From positions 10,230,001 through 10,294,000 of the forward strand of contig CM022675.1 in the NCBI GenBank assembly GCA_012295275.1: a stretch of DNA of 64,000 bases. Reading direction: 5' to 3'. Positions 40,134-55,345 of the stretch are shown in pieces (within the stretch, counting starts at the first letter, position 1; each line of letters opens with the position of its first letter). Both the position numbers and the translations under genes were made by a program. The stretch comes from Chrysomallon squamiferum (Eukaryota; Animalia; Mollusca). The notes beneath the pieces are model-generated. The model was not told where the DNA came from and did no database searches. It saw only the letters and a list, made by a program, of their open reading frames with translations.

Positions 40134-40399
40134 TATATATATATATATATTAGTTCTTATTTCTTTACATTTTCTCTGCTTCATATTTAGACACTACACA
40201 ATTTGAAGGTTATATACATAAACAAATTATTACTTTATTAACATTATCTATAGCTAGTATATAGAAAACAAATATGTCTACTCAAAAACAGTTTCATATA
40301 TATCCCTGTTTAACGTTATAAAATAGACAAGATTAAATATCTTCGTCACGTTTATTATTATTATTATTATTATTATCATTAACACGTGTAGTGGGATGT

Positions 40400-41000
40400 G
40401 TTACAACTGCTACTACAAAAACCAATGCTGCAACAACAGCTACTAGATAACTGCAACTATAATAACTAATAGTTCTACAACAGCTACTAAACAGCGGATA
40501 CTGAAACTTCAAGTACTACAACGACTAATTATGTTATTATGACTACTACAACTAACAGTTGTAGTAAAACAGCTAATACAGATAATGCAACTAATATAAC
40601 TATTAAAACAACTAACAATTCTACTACAACTAGTACAACAACTAACAATTCTGCTACAAGTAATACGACTATTATCACCGCTATAACTATTACTGCTACT
40701 GCAACAGATACTACAACAAATAATCCTGCTACTGCACAGGACTACTGCAAGTACTACGACAAATAATCCTAATATTACATCTACAACAACAGCGAATCAT
40801 GCTACTATAACTACTATAACAACTAATACTGCAACTACAACTACTAGAACAATTAATTGTAACTGCAACAACTAGTATTGCTACTACAGCTAGAACAACT
40901 AATAAGTGTACTGCAGCTACTACAATAAGTAATAATGCTACTATAACTATTGCAGTAACTAATACTTTTACTACAACTATGTCAACATTACTATTGCAAC
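40400..41000. repeat. (ACT/AAC)n low-complexity tract
   Basis: The Thr/Asn-rich ORF is a by-product of degenerate trinucleotides. Confidence 0.85.
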
Positions 41001-41042
41001 TGCGTTTGCTTCCGAAAAGTCTAATAGAGACTATTGTTACCC

Positions 41043-44000
41043 GTGTATATAATACGTGTCTCTGTGTCTACATAAAATGTGTGTGTGTCAACATATAATA
41101 CGTGTGCGTGTGACTACATATAATACGAGTGTGTGTTTCTACATATAATACGAGTGTGTGTTTCTACATATAATACGAGTGTGTGTTTCTACATATAATA
41201 CGTGTGTGTGTTTCTACATATAATACGTGTGTGTGTTTCTACATATAATACGTGTGTGTGTTTCTACATATAATAATGTGTGTGTGTTTCTACATATAAT
41301 AATTTCTACATATAATACGTGTGTGTTTCTACATATAATACGTGTGTGTGTTTCTACATATAATACGTGTGTGTGTTTCTACATATAATACGTGTGTGTG
41401 TTTCTACATATAATACGTGTGTGTGTTTCTACATATAATACGTGTGTGTGTTTCTACATATAATACGTGTGTGTGTTTCTACATATAATACGTGTGTGTG
41501 TGTTTCTATATAATAATACGTGTGTGTTTCTACATATATATAATGTGTGTGTGTTTCTACATATAATACGTGTGTGTTTCTACATATAATGTGTGTTTCT
41601 ACATATATAATGTGTGTGTGTTTCTACATATAATACGTGTGTGTGTTTCTACATATAATACGTGTGTGTGTTCTACATATATACATATAATACGTGTGTG
41701 TGTTTCTACATATAATACGTGTGTGTGTGTGTCTACATATAATACGTGTGTGTGTTTCTACATATAATACGTGTGTGTGTTTCTACATATAATACATGTG
41801 TGTGTGTCTACATATAATACGTGTGTGTTCTACATATAATGTGTGTGTTCTACATATAATACGTGTGTGTGTTTCTACATATAATACGTGTGTGTGTTTC
41901 TACATATAATACATGTGTGTGTTTCTACATATAATACGTGTGTGTGTTTTCCACATATAATACGTGTGTGTGTGTCTACATATAATACGTGTGTGTGTGT
42001 CTACACATATAACGTGTGTGTGTGTCTACATATAATATGTGTGTGTGTTTCTACATATAATGTGTGTGTGTGTTTACATATAATACGTGTGTGTGTGTCA
42101 CATATAATAATGTGTGTGTGTGTCTACATATAATACGTGTGTGTGTTTCTACATATAATACGTGTGTGTGTGTTTCTACATATAATACGTGTGTGTGTGT
42201 GTGTGTGTTTACACATATAATGTGTGTGTGTGTATTTCTACATATAATACGTGTGTGTGTGTCTACATATAACATGTGTGTGTGTCTACATATAATACGT
42301 GTGTGTGTGTCTACATATAATACGTGTGTGTGTTTCACATATAATGTGTGTGTGTGTGTGTTTCTACATATAATACGTGTGTGTGTTTCTACATATATAA
42401 TGTGTGTGTGTTTCTACACATATAATACGTGTGTGTGTGTCTACATATAATACGTGTGTGTGTTTCTACATAATGTGTGTGTGTGTTTCTACATATAACG
42501 TGTGTGTGTGTTTACATATAATACGTGTGTGTGTTTCTACATATAATACGTGTGTGTGTGTCTACATATAATACGTGTGTGTGTTTCTACATATAATACG
42601 TGTGTGTGTGTTTCTACATATAATACGTGTGTGTGTTTCTACATATAATACGTGTGTGTGTTTCTACATATAATACGTGTGTGTGTTTCTACATATAATA
42701 CGTGTGTGTGTGTGTGTTTCTACATATAATACGTGTGTGTGTTTCTACATATAATACGTGTGTGTGTTTCTACATATAATACGTGTGTGTGTTTCTACAT
42801 ATAATACGTGTGTGTGTTTCTACATATAATACGTGTGTGTGTTTCTACATATAATACGTGTGTGTGTGTTTCTACATATAATACGTGTGTGTGTTTCTAC
42901 ATATAAATATGTGTGTGTGTCTACATATAATCGTGTGTGTATAATATGTGTGTGTGTTTCTACATATAATACGTGTGTGTGTTTCTACATATAAACGTGT
43001 GTGTGTTTCTACATATAATGTGTGTGTGTGTGTGTGTTTAATACATATGTGTGTGTTTCTACAATAATGTGTGTGTGTTCTACATATAATAATGTGTGTG
43101 TGTTCTACACATATAATACGTGTGTGTGTGTTTCTACATATAATACGTGTGTGTGTTTCTACATATATATACGTGTGTGTGTTCTACATATAATACGTGT
43201 GTGTGTTTCTACATATAATATAATTTCTACATGTGTGTGTGTTTCTACATATAATGTGTGTGTGTGTTTCTACATATAACTGTGTGTGTGTGTTTCTACA
43301 TATAATACGTGTGTGTGTTTCTACATATAATACGTGTGTGTGTTTCTACATATAATACGTGTGTGTTTCTACATATAATACGTGTGTGTGTTTCTACATA
43401 TAATACGTGTGTGTGTGTCTACATATAATACGTGTGTGTGTTTCTACATATAATATGTGTGTGTTTCTACATATAATACGTGTGTGTTTCTACACATATA
43501 ATACATATATAATGTGTGTGTGTTTCTACATATAATACGTGTGTGTTTGTTACATATAATACGTGTGTGTGTGTCTACATATAATACGTGTGTGTGTTTC
43601 TACATATAATACGTGTGTGTGTTTCTACATATAATACGTGTGTGTGTCTACATATAATACGTGTGTGTGTTTCTACATATAATACGTGTGTGTGTGTTTC
43701 TACATATAATACGTGTGTGTGTTTCTACATATAATACGTGTGTGTGTTTTCATATAATACGTGTGTGTGTTTCTACATATAATACGTGTGTGTGTTTCTA
43801 CATATATAATACGTGTGTGTGTTTCTACATATAATACGTGTGTGTGTGTTTTCTACATATAATACGTGTGTGTGTTCTACATATAATACGTGTGTGTGTT
43901 TCTACATATAATACGTGTGTGTGTGTTTCTATATATAATGTGTGTGTGTGTGTTTCTACATATAATATGTGTGTGTTTCTACATATAATACGTGTGTGTG

Positions 44001-47000
44001 TTTCTACATATAATACGTGTGTGTGTGTACATACATATAATGTGTGTGTTTCTACATATAATACGTGTGTGTGTTTCTACATATAATACGTGTGTACATG
44101 TGTGTTTCTACATATATAATACGTGTGTGTGTGTGTTTCTACATATAATACCTGTGTGTGTGTTTCTACATATAATACGTGTGTGTGTTTCTACATATAA
44201 TACGTGTGTGTGTTTCTACATATAATACCTGTGTGTGTGTTTCTACATATAATACGTGTGTGTACATATAATGTGTGTGTTTACATATAATACGTGTGTG
44301 TGTTTCTACATATAATACGTGTGTGTGTGTTTCTACATATAATACGTGTGTGTGTGTTTCTACATATAATACGTGTGTGTGTTTCTACATATAATACGTG
44401 TGTGTGTGTTTCTACATATAATACGTGTGTGTGTTTCTACATATAATACGTGTGTGTGTTTCTACATATAATACGTGTGTGTGTGTCTACATACATATAA
44501 TACGTGTGTGTGTTTCTACATATAATACGTGTGTGTGTGTTTCTACATATAATACGTGTGTGTGTTTCTACATATGTGTGTGTGTTACATATAATACGTG
44601 TGTGTGTGTTTCTACATATAATACGTGTGTGTGTTTCTACATATAATACGTGTGTGTGTTTCTACATATAATACGTGTGTGTGTTTCTACATATATAATA
44701 CGTGTGTGTGTTTCTACATATAATGTGTGTGTGTTTCTACATATAATGTGTGTGTGTGTTTCTACATATAATACGTGTGTGTGTTTCTACATATAATGTG
44801 TGTGTGTGTTCTACATATAATACATATGTGTGTGTTTCTACATATAATACGTGTGTGTGTTTCTACATATAATACGTGTGTGTGTTTCTACATATAATAT
44901 AATGTGTGTGTTTCTACATATAATACGTGTGTGTGTGTGTCTACATATAATATGTGTGTGTGTTTCACATATAATACGTGTGTGTGTTTCTACATATAAT
45001 ACGTGTGTGTGTTTCTACATATAATAATGTGTGTGTTTCTACATATAATACGTGTGTGTGTGTCTACATATAATACGTGTGTGTGTGTTTCTACATATAA
45101 TACCTGTGTGTGTGTTTTCTACATATAATACGTGTGTGTGTTTCTACATATAATACGTGTGTGTGTTTTCTACATATAATACTACATGTGTGTGTGTTTC
45201 TACATATAATACCTGTGTGTGTGTTTCTACATATAATACGTGTGTGTGTTTCTACATATAATACGTGTGTGTTTCTACATATAATACCTGTGTGTGTTCT
45301 ACATATAATACGTGTGTGTGTGTTTCTACATATAATACGTGTGTGTGTGTGTTTCTACATATAATACGTGTGTGTTTCTACATATAATACGTGTGTGTGT
45401 GTTTCTACATATAATACGTGTGTGTGTTTCTACATATAATACGTGTGTGTGTGTTTCTACATATAATACTGTGTGTGTGTTTCTACATATAATACGTGTG
45501 TGTGTGTTTCTACATATATATAATGTGTGTGTGTGTTTCTACATAATGTGTGTGTGTGTTATAACATAATAATATACATATAACGTGTGTGTGTGTTTCT
45601 ACATATAATACGTGTGTGTGTTTCTACATATAATACGTGTGTGTGTTTCTACATATAATAATGTGTGTGTGTTTCTACATATAATACATATGTGTGTGTG
45701 TTTTCTACATATATAATACGTGTGTGTGTTTCTACATATAATACGTGTGTGTGTGTTCTACATATATGTGTGTGTGTTGTTACTATATATATACGTGTGT
45801 GTGTGTTTCTACATATAATACGTGTGTGTGTTTCTACATATAATACGTGTGTGTGTGTTTCTACATATAATACTGTGTGTGTGTTTCTACATATAATACG
45901 TGTGTGTGTGTTTACATACATATAATACCTGTGTGTGTTTCTACATATAATACGTGTGTGTGTTTCTACATATAATACGTGTGTGTGTGTTTCTACATAT
46001 AATACGTGTGTGTGTTTCTACATATAATACGTGTGTGTGTTTCTACATATAATACGTGTGTGTGTGTTTCTACATATAATACGTGTGTGTGTGTACATAT
46101 AATACCTGTGTGTGTGTTTCTACATATAATACGTGTGTGTGTTTCTACATATAATACGTGTGTGTGTTTCTACACATATAATATATAATGTGTGTGTTTC
46201 TACATATAATACGTGTGTGTGTGTGTTTCTACATATAATACGTGTGTGTGTGTTTCTACATATAATACGTGTGTGTGTTTCTACATATAATACCTGTGTG
46301 TGTGTTTCTACATATAATACGTGTGTGTGTTTCTACATATAATACGTGTGTGTGTTTCTACATATAATACGTGTGTGTGTTTTTTCTACATATAATACGT
46401 GTGTGTGTTTCTACATATAAATGTGTGTGTGTTTCTACATATAATAATGTGTGTGTGTTTCTACATATAATACGTGTGTGTGTGTTTGTGTGTGTTTCTA
46501 CATATAATGTGTGTGTGTTTCTACATATAATACGTGTGTGTGTTTCTACATATAATACATGTGTGTGTGTTTCTACATATAATACGTGTGTGTGTCTACA
46601 TATAATACGTGTGTGTGTTTCTACATATATAATACGTGTGTGTGTTTTTCTACATATAATACGTGTGTGTGTGTTTCACATATAATACATATATACATAT
46701 AATGTGTGTGTTTCTACATATAATACGTGTGTGTGTTTCTACATAATGTTTCTACATATGTGTGTGTTTCTACATATAATACCTGTGTGTGTTTCTACAT
46801 ATAATACGTGTGTGTGTTTCTATATATATATATGTGTGTGTGTTTCTACATATAATAACGTGTGTGTGTGTCTACATATAATACCTGTGTGTGTTTCTAC
46901 ATATAATGTGTGTGTGTGTGTCTACATTTAATACCGTGTGTATACATATATAATGTGTGTGTTGTCTACATATATAACGTGTGTGTGTTTCTACATATAA

Positions 47001-50000
47001 TACGTGTGTGTGTTTCTACATATAATACGTGTGTGTGTTTCTACATATAATACCTGTGTGTGTTTCTACATATAATACCTGTGTGTGTGTTTCTACATAT
47101 AATACCTGTGTGTGTGTTTCTACATATAATACGTGTGTGTGTGTTTCTACATATAATACGTGTGTGTGTTTCTACATATAATACGTGTGTGTGTTTCTAC
47201 ATATAATACGTGTGTGTGTTTCTACATATAATACGTGTGTGTGTTTCTACATATAATACTGTGTGTGTGTTTCTACATATAATACGTGTGTGTGTTTCTA
47301 CACATATATATAATGTGTGTGTGTTTCTACATATAATACGTGTGTGTGTTTCTACATATAATGTGTGTGTGTGTGTGTGTGTGTTTCTACATATAATACG
47401 TGTGTGTGTGTCTACATATAATGTGTGTGTGTGTTTCTACATATAATACGTGTGTGTGTTTCTACATATAATACGTGTGTGTGTTTCTACATATAATATG
47501 TGTGTGTGTGTTTCTACATATATAATGTGTGTGTGTGTGTTTCTACATATAATAATGTGTGTGTGTGTTCTACATATAATAATGTGTGTGTTTCTACATA
47601 TAATACCTGTGTGTGTGTTTCTACATATAATACGTGTGTGTGTGTGTCTACATATAACGTGTGTGTGTGTTTCTACATATAATACGTGTGTGTTTCTACA
47701 TATAATACGTGTGTGTGTGTTTCTACATATAATGTGTGTGTTTCTACATATAATAATGTGTGTGTGTGTCTACATATAATATGTGTGTGTGTGTTTCTAC
47801 ACATATAATACGTGTGTGTGTTTCTACATATAATAATGTGTGTGTTTCTACATATAATGTGTGTATAATAATGTGTGTGTGTTTCTACATATAATATGTG
47901 TGTGTGTGTTTCTACATATAATAATGTGTGTGTTTCTACATATAATACGTGTGTGTGTTTCTACATATAATATGTGTGTGTGTTTCTACATATAATGTGT
48001 GTGTGTGTTTCTACATATAATACTGTGTGTGTGTGTTTCTACATATAATAATATGTGTGTGTGTTTCTACATATAATACGTGTGTGTGTTCTACACATAT
48101 AATACGTGTGTGTGTGTTTCTACATATAATACGTGTGTGTGTGTGTTTCTACATATAATACGTGTGTGTGTTTCTACATATAATATGTGTGTGTGTTTCA
48201 TACATAATGTGTGTGTGTTCTACATATAATACGTGTGTGTGTTTCTACATATAATACGTGTGTGAGTGTCTACATATAATTCGTGTGTGTGTTTCTACAT
48301 ATAATACGTGTGTGTGTTTCTACATATAATACGTGTGTGTGTTTCTACATATAATACGTGTGTGTGTTTCTACATATAATACGTGTGTGTGTTTCTACAT
48401 ATAACGTGTGTGTGTTTCTACATATAATACCTGTGTGTGTGTTTCTACATATAATACCTGTGTGTGTGTTTCTACATATAATACGTGTGTGTGTTTCTAC
48501 ATATAATAATGTGTGTGTGTGTTTCTACATATAATACGTGTGTGTGTGTTCTACATATAATACGTGTGTGTGTGTTTCTACATATAATACGTGTGTGTGT
48601 TTCTACATATAATACGTGTGTGTGTGTTTCTACATATAATACGTGTGTGTGTGTTTTCTACATATAATACGTGTGTGTGTTTCTACATAATGTGTGTGTG
48701 TGTTCTACATATAATACGTGTGTGTGTTTCTACATATAATACGTGTGTGTGTTTCTACATATAATACGTGTGTGTTTCTACATATAATAATGTGTGTGTG
48801 TTTCTACATATAATAATGTGTGTGTTTTCTACATATAATACTGTGTGTGTGTTTCTACATATAATACGTGTGTGTGTTTCTACATATAATATGTGTGTGT
48901 GTGTGTTTCTACATATAATGTGTGTTTCTACATATAATGTGTGTGTTTCTACATATAATGTGTGTGTGTGTGTTTCTACATATAATACGTGTGTGTGTTT
49001 CTACATATATAACGTGTGTGTGTGTTTCTACATATAATACGTGTGTGTGTTTCTACATATAATACATGTGTGTGTTTCTACATATAATACGTGTGTGTGT
49101 TTCTACATATAATACGTGTGTGTGTTTCTACATATAATACGTGTGTGTGTTTCTACATATAATACGTGTGTGTGTTTCTACATATAATACGTGTGTGTGT
49201 GTGTGTTTCTACATATAATACGTGTGTGTGTTTCTACATATAATACGTGTGTGTGTTTCTACATATAATACGTGTGTGTGTTTCTACATATAATATGTGT
49301 GTGTGTTCTACATATAATACATGTGTGTGTGTTTCTACATATATATACATATAATGTGTGTTTCTACATATAATACGTGTGTGTGTTTCTACATATAAAT
49401 ACGTGTGTGTGTGTTTCTACATATAATACGTGTGTGTGTTTCTACATATAATACGTGTGTGTGTTTCTACATATATAATGTGTGTGTGTTTTCTACATAT
49501 AATACGTGTGTGTGTTTCTACATATAATACGTGTGTGTGTGTGTTTCTACATATAATACGTGTGTGTGTGTTTCTACATATAATACACATATAATACGTG
49601 TGTGTGTTTCTACATATAATATGTGTGTGTGTTTCTACATATAATATGTGTGTGTGTTTCTACATATAATACCTGTGTGTGTGTTTCTACATATAATACG
49701 TGTGTGTTTCTACATATATAACATATAATACGTGTGTGTGTGTACGTGTTCTACATATAATACGTGTGTGTTTCTACATAATAATGTGTGTGTGTGTGTG
49801 TTTCTACATATAATACGTGTGTGTGTGTTTCTACATATAATACGTGTGTGTGTGTTTCTACATATAATACGTGTGTGTGTTTCTACATATAATACGTGTG
49901 TGTGTTTCTACATATAATACGTGTGTGTGTTTCTACATATAATACGTGTGTGTGTTTCTACATATAATACGTGTGTGTGTTTCTACATATAATACGTGTG

Positions 50001-50670
50001 TGTGTTTCTACATATAATACGTGTGTGTGTTTCTACATATAATACCTGTGTGTGTTTCTACATATAATACGTGTGTGTGTTTCTACATATAATACGTGTG
50101 TGTGTGTTTCTACATATAATACGTGTGTGTGTTTCTACATATATATAATGTGTGTGTGTGTTATAATATACATATAATACGTGTGTGTGTTTCTACATAT
50201 AATACTGTGTGTGTGTTTCTACATATAATACGTGTGTGTGTTTCTACATATAATACGTGTGTGTGTTTCTACATATAATACGTGTGTGTGTTTCTACATA
50301 TAATACGTGTGTGTGTGTTTCTACATATAATACGTGTGTGTGTTTCTACATATAATACGTGTGTGTGTTTCTACATATAATACGTGTGTGTTTTTTTCTA
50401 CATATACGTGTGTGTTTCTACATTGTGTGTTTCTACATATAATACGTGTGTTACATATGTGTGTGTGTGTTTCTACATATAATAATATGTGTGTGTTTCT
50501 ACATATAATACGTGTGTGTGTTTCTACATATAATACGTGTGTGTGTTTCTACATATAATACGTGTGTGTGTTTCTACATATAATACGTGTGTGTGTTTCT
50601 ACCTATAATACGTGTGCGTGTTTCTACATATAATTCGTGTGTGTGTCTACATATAATACGTGTGGGTGTG
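41043..50670. repeat. ~9.6-kb satellite of a 25-bp unit tttctacatataatac(gt)n
   Basis: Period 25 (41161 to 41186) with variable (GT)n length. Explains all ORFs between 41570 and 50558. Confidence 0.97.
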
Positions 50671-51239
50671 CATGTGTCTGTGTGGATACAAATATATATG
50701 ACAGTTCACTTATAAGTGTTTCATAATGTCATGTTAATTCAAGTATGAGAAGTATTAACAAAAACTATATTTGTTTACTATAAGTGTAATATTAAAACAA
50801 ATTGTTACCAGTTTGATTGTTTTTTGATCTGGTCATGGATCAATATATTTAGGAATTAATTTTATGTAAATTATTATTTGATAAATATATATATATTTGG
50901 GTTTCTAATTCCGATACAGATACTAGACCAGTTATCGACATAACTCGGGACCCCAGTTTCTGCATTTTCTTGTTCTATGACGTTTGAGCGACTATATACT
51001 CGGCGAAGTTATATCAGCGATCTGCAGTTTAAGCGATATATTTTTAAACGATTTTCTGTGATAAGAATATATAAAGAAACAAAATGTATTTTATTTAAGT
51101 ATCTTCGTCTTACAAATCTGGAACGTTCGGAACTCTTGCCCAGTATATAGGTAAATATTTTCAGATAATTTACAATATGTGTCAATGTACTAAATCTTGT
51201 GTCAGTACACAAAACTCATTAACAGACTATTTTCCTTGT

Positions 51240-51439
51240 TGTGTTTGTGTTAGACACTGAAAATTTGTCTCGGTTACCATTCTCAATGATGTAGAATGAC
51301 TGGCAGGGCACAAACATAGACGAATTGTTCAGTGACTTTTTGATACATGCAATTGCAGACATTTACCAAGCTATGCAAAAATAACTAAATGTTTTTGATT
51401 CTTACTGCACAAAATGAAAACTAGCAGGATATAATAATG

Positions 51440-51512
<73 letters not shown>

Positions 51513-52460
51513 TGATGATAAAAACATATTCTTAATTTGAATGACAACCACAAAGATTACAAGGAGGTGTTTTATGTTGGAAAATCTAAGCTTGATAATG
51601 TAGAAATTATAAATATGTCAATATTATTTTTCACATATCGAATAGCTTTAGTAAGACAAGAAACGTGTTATATGCACAAGCACAGAAGGCTATGTATTTC
51701 ATCTGTGAAAAGGAAGACATCATACTATTTTCATTTACAGGCAATGAAATTATTTAACTCCATGGTTTTACCAGTTTTTCTATCTGTTAGCAAAATTTAG
51801 GGTTTTGAAAAATTGTCATTACTGGAAAAAATAAGTAACCAGTTAATGAAATTGTTATTACCTGTAAGGAATTCTACTCCGTTGTAGTTATTAAATGGAG
51901 AATTTGGATGTTATCCAGAGTATATTACTACACAAGTAAGAATGATTATTTACTTGTAAGTTAAAATTACTAATGTAGGGACTATTACTGTATGACGTTA
52001 ACAATAATATTTGTAATCACAAATGGGTATTGCATGCTAAATCTATTCTCGATGGTATTGCTTGTATATGTATGTGGTTATCACAGTGTGATGGTATCAC
52101 TAGTGTTGTTGTGTTGAAATCATGACTAACATCAGGCTTACAGATCGGTACTTACAGCAGCGCTACTTTTTCATTAATAAGTCGTCTAAAGCTTCCAATT
52201 ATAAACTATTCAAAAGTACTGTCACATTGGAGACATATTTTAACTTTATAGAGAGAAAATCCTGCAGCCTATTGTTTCCATTAGATTTCCATTGTGTAAT
52301 ATCGATGACATCGAAAGATGAGTTTCATTATATATTTATATGTATGATTTTTTAAGAATAAAAGGAAAGGTTACCTACCATTTTTCGGTCAGTGTAACCC
52401 AAGCAGTCATAATTTGTATTGATTATTTAACTATAAAAACACTTTTTATTTTCTGTAATT
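51240..52460 (+). mobile_element. Highly decayed L2/CR1-group LINE ORF2 C-terminal remnant
   Basis: LQAMKLFNSMVLPVFLSVSKI*GFEKLSLLEK..STPL*LLNGEFGCYP..VRMI; INKSSKASNYKLFKSTVTLETYF; KDEFHYIFIC. Resembles LFDSLVLPIL.YG.E.WGF..STPN..VYGELGRYP..GDEFHYLF.C. Interrupted by a (TAA)n tract. Confidence 0.7.
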
Positions 52461-52955
52461 AAATCACGAATTTGTTCAAATCCTCTGTCTGATATATTGA
52501 CATACAGCATATATTTTATTATTATGCACATTATTGTAAATTTTGTCAGTTTTGTTGGAACTGTTACAATTATGTTAACTTTTGTAGGAATGTATCCTCA
52601 TATGCCGTAGTTCAATGAATTTTCTTCACTGACTGTTCACTCGCGTCTCTTCACGTAATATGTGTGTACGCGACATCTTTCATCCGACGCAATAAATGAA
52701 TGTATAAACATACAAATAAATAAACTAAAACATTTACTACGAGCTTGTTATTGTTTTGTTCGACTGACTTCATTTCCGTGTGGGTGTTATTCTATCAGCA
52801 TGCGTACACGGGTATGAATTTATGTAGGCGAGTATGTCTGTGTGTCTGCCACTGAAATCAATGTTTGTGTCTCCTGTCATCTGTCTTCCAGCATGTCTTG
52901 TCAAGTCCTGTCTTTCATTTGGAGCGTCTGTTTTTACAAAACAATCTTTTTGTAG

Positions 52956-53105
<150 letters not shown>

Positions 53106-53744
53106 ACTGTCGTTAGTCTTATTCCTATCTGTCCGTGTTTGTAGTCACCGATACACTGGTGACATCTTCGGGAGCGTGACCCCTGAATTACTGTAAACCT
53201 TTCTCTGAGTTACTGGTTCCAGGTAAATTCACTAGATCGGCAGCGGACACTGGACTTGTTTCTGTCAGACAGTGAAGTCATTAACACCTATTTAAAGTGA
53301 GTATAAAATGAAATTTTAACACTGGATTTAATTTCTGCCAGTAACTGAAGTTTCCATTAATTAAGTTTAAAACTATTTTTAGTCATAACAGTTATAAGCT
53401 ATAATCACAGTTATGGGCCTTTGTTTGTATAAAAATGTGTTCTCAAGTCAGAGAACCAATGATGACAAGACTAAAAATTATCATCAAGCAATGAATCAGA
53501 GAAGAAATATTCAAAAACAAAAAAATAAAAATCCTACAACTTGCAGACTATCATATAAAAAAATTAGTAAAACAAACAAAAAACCGAGGAATTGAAAGAG
53601 AAACAGTATTTATTCAAGTAATAAAATACAGGAATCAATTAAATATCAAAATAAAAATATTCATGATTACTGAAGCATAGTTCTGGGAATATGTCACCTT
53701 TTTCACAAATAGAAAACCTTTATTTTCATGACTTAAACTAAGTT

Positions 53745-54175
53745 CACGGGGTGAAGATATGTGGGGTGAAGATATGTGTGCAGTTCATCAGACTTTGCAG
53801 TGCATCAGACTTTACTGGCTAGGAATGTATCACAACACAAAGATATGTGTGCAGTGCATCAGACTTTACTGGCTAGGAATGTATCACAACACAAAGATAT
53901 GTGTGCAGTGCATCAGACTTTACTGGCTAGGAATGTATCACAACACAAAGATATGTGTGCAGTGCATCAGACTTTACTGGCTAGGAAATCACAACACAAA
54001 GATATGTGTGCAGTGCATCAGACTTTACTGGCTAGGAATGTATCACAACACAAAGAAATTTGTCAAAAGTTGTGAGGTGTGTCAGAAAAATGGGAAACCA
54101 AATCAAGTTATTCCCCAGTACCCCTAAAATGGGTGCCAATCAGTGGACCTGCTTTTTCAAAAGTATTAGTATATT
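53745..54175 (+). mobile_element. Gypsy integrase zinc-binding fragment with an internal 54-bp x5 in-frame amplification
   Basis: LYWLGMYHNTKKFVKSCEVCQKNGKPNQVIPQYP then LKWVPISGPAFSKVLV, resembling FYWPGM..V..F..SC..CQ..GKPNQ.IP..PL..IP..G.PFS.V. tgcatcagac at 53801, 53855 and onward. Confidence 0.82.
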
Positions 54176-55345
54176 TATTTATACATGTGTGTGTGTTTCT
54201 ATATATACATTGTGAGAATGAACTAGTAAAATGTGATGCTATACTGACAAGAAGTGTTTTATTTTGAATTATTAGAAACATAATAAATATTTTAACATTA
54301 GTACATTGCATTAGTGGCTCAGGTTTTGTTATTTCACTGAAATATTAAATGTTATTAAAGCTTGTTGTAAACTACTGTTAGGATGAATTTTTGGAAGAGA
54401 AAACCTAAAACAATGGCTAAATAAATGATCATTACAAGCATTAACTTTTAAATTAAAATAAATAAATAAAATTGCCACTTAAGCCTGTACTTTTCACTAA
54501 GTGTATATGAATCATAACATAATCACATATTTGTCTAATTATATATATTCTAACATTAGATGGAAACTATCTTTAGAATAAATACAAAAATTACACAATA
54601 ATAACAAGATTAATATACTTCTAAACTATAAACTATTATTGTTATAATTTATTATTAATTTTGATTTGCAGGCGATAAATAATAAAACATAAAAATAAAT
54701 AAATAAAAAGTAAATAATAAAAAAAAACACAACATAAACTTTAACTTGTAAGAATGCAAAATATATATAAATATTGTGTTCCCTTTTAAGTATAAATGAA
54801 TTCTTTAGCTGAACTTTATCATTTTTGTATTGTAAATATGAACTCTATCATTTTGCAAGTCTTTATAAAACACTTACTTATTTACTGTGATCATAACTAC
54901 ATAAAAAGCAACACTACAGCACAAGTACAGTGACATCATAGAACTTAACTAGCTGATATGTGAAACATTTACCACCAGGTTTTCATTATTAACTCTGGTT
55001 TAACTGTAAGAAACATAAATAAACATAAAGAAAGGGAAACTACTGAAAATTTATAACAATAAATGAGTCAATGTAACAAGGTTTTTTCTTAATGATTTTA
55101 TTACCCTTTTTGAAGCATCGCATTTTTCATTACTGGTTTCTGTCAACAGACAAATGTTTATCTCAGTAAAAGACCTGACAGCAGAAATGTGTGTGAAAAA
55201 CATATCTTTCAAATTATATATGACTGGTAAAAGTAACAAAGAGTTTGTAGTAGCATTTGACTGAATGTAATAACATATGTGTGTGAATGACTGGTAAAAA
55301 TATCAATACATCTTACTTGAAATTTTGTCTTCTTCACTTTCCCTG

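Noticed and set aside
41570-50558. Dozens of Cys/Val/His-rich ORFs
   Set aside because: Translations of the 25-bp (GT)-containing satellite.
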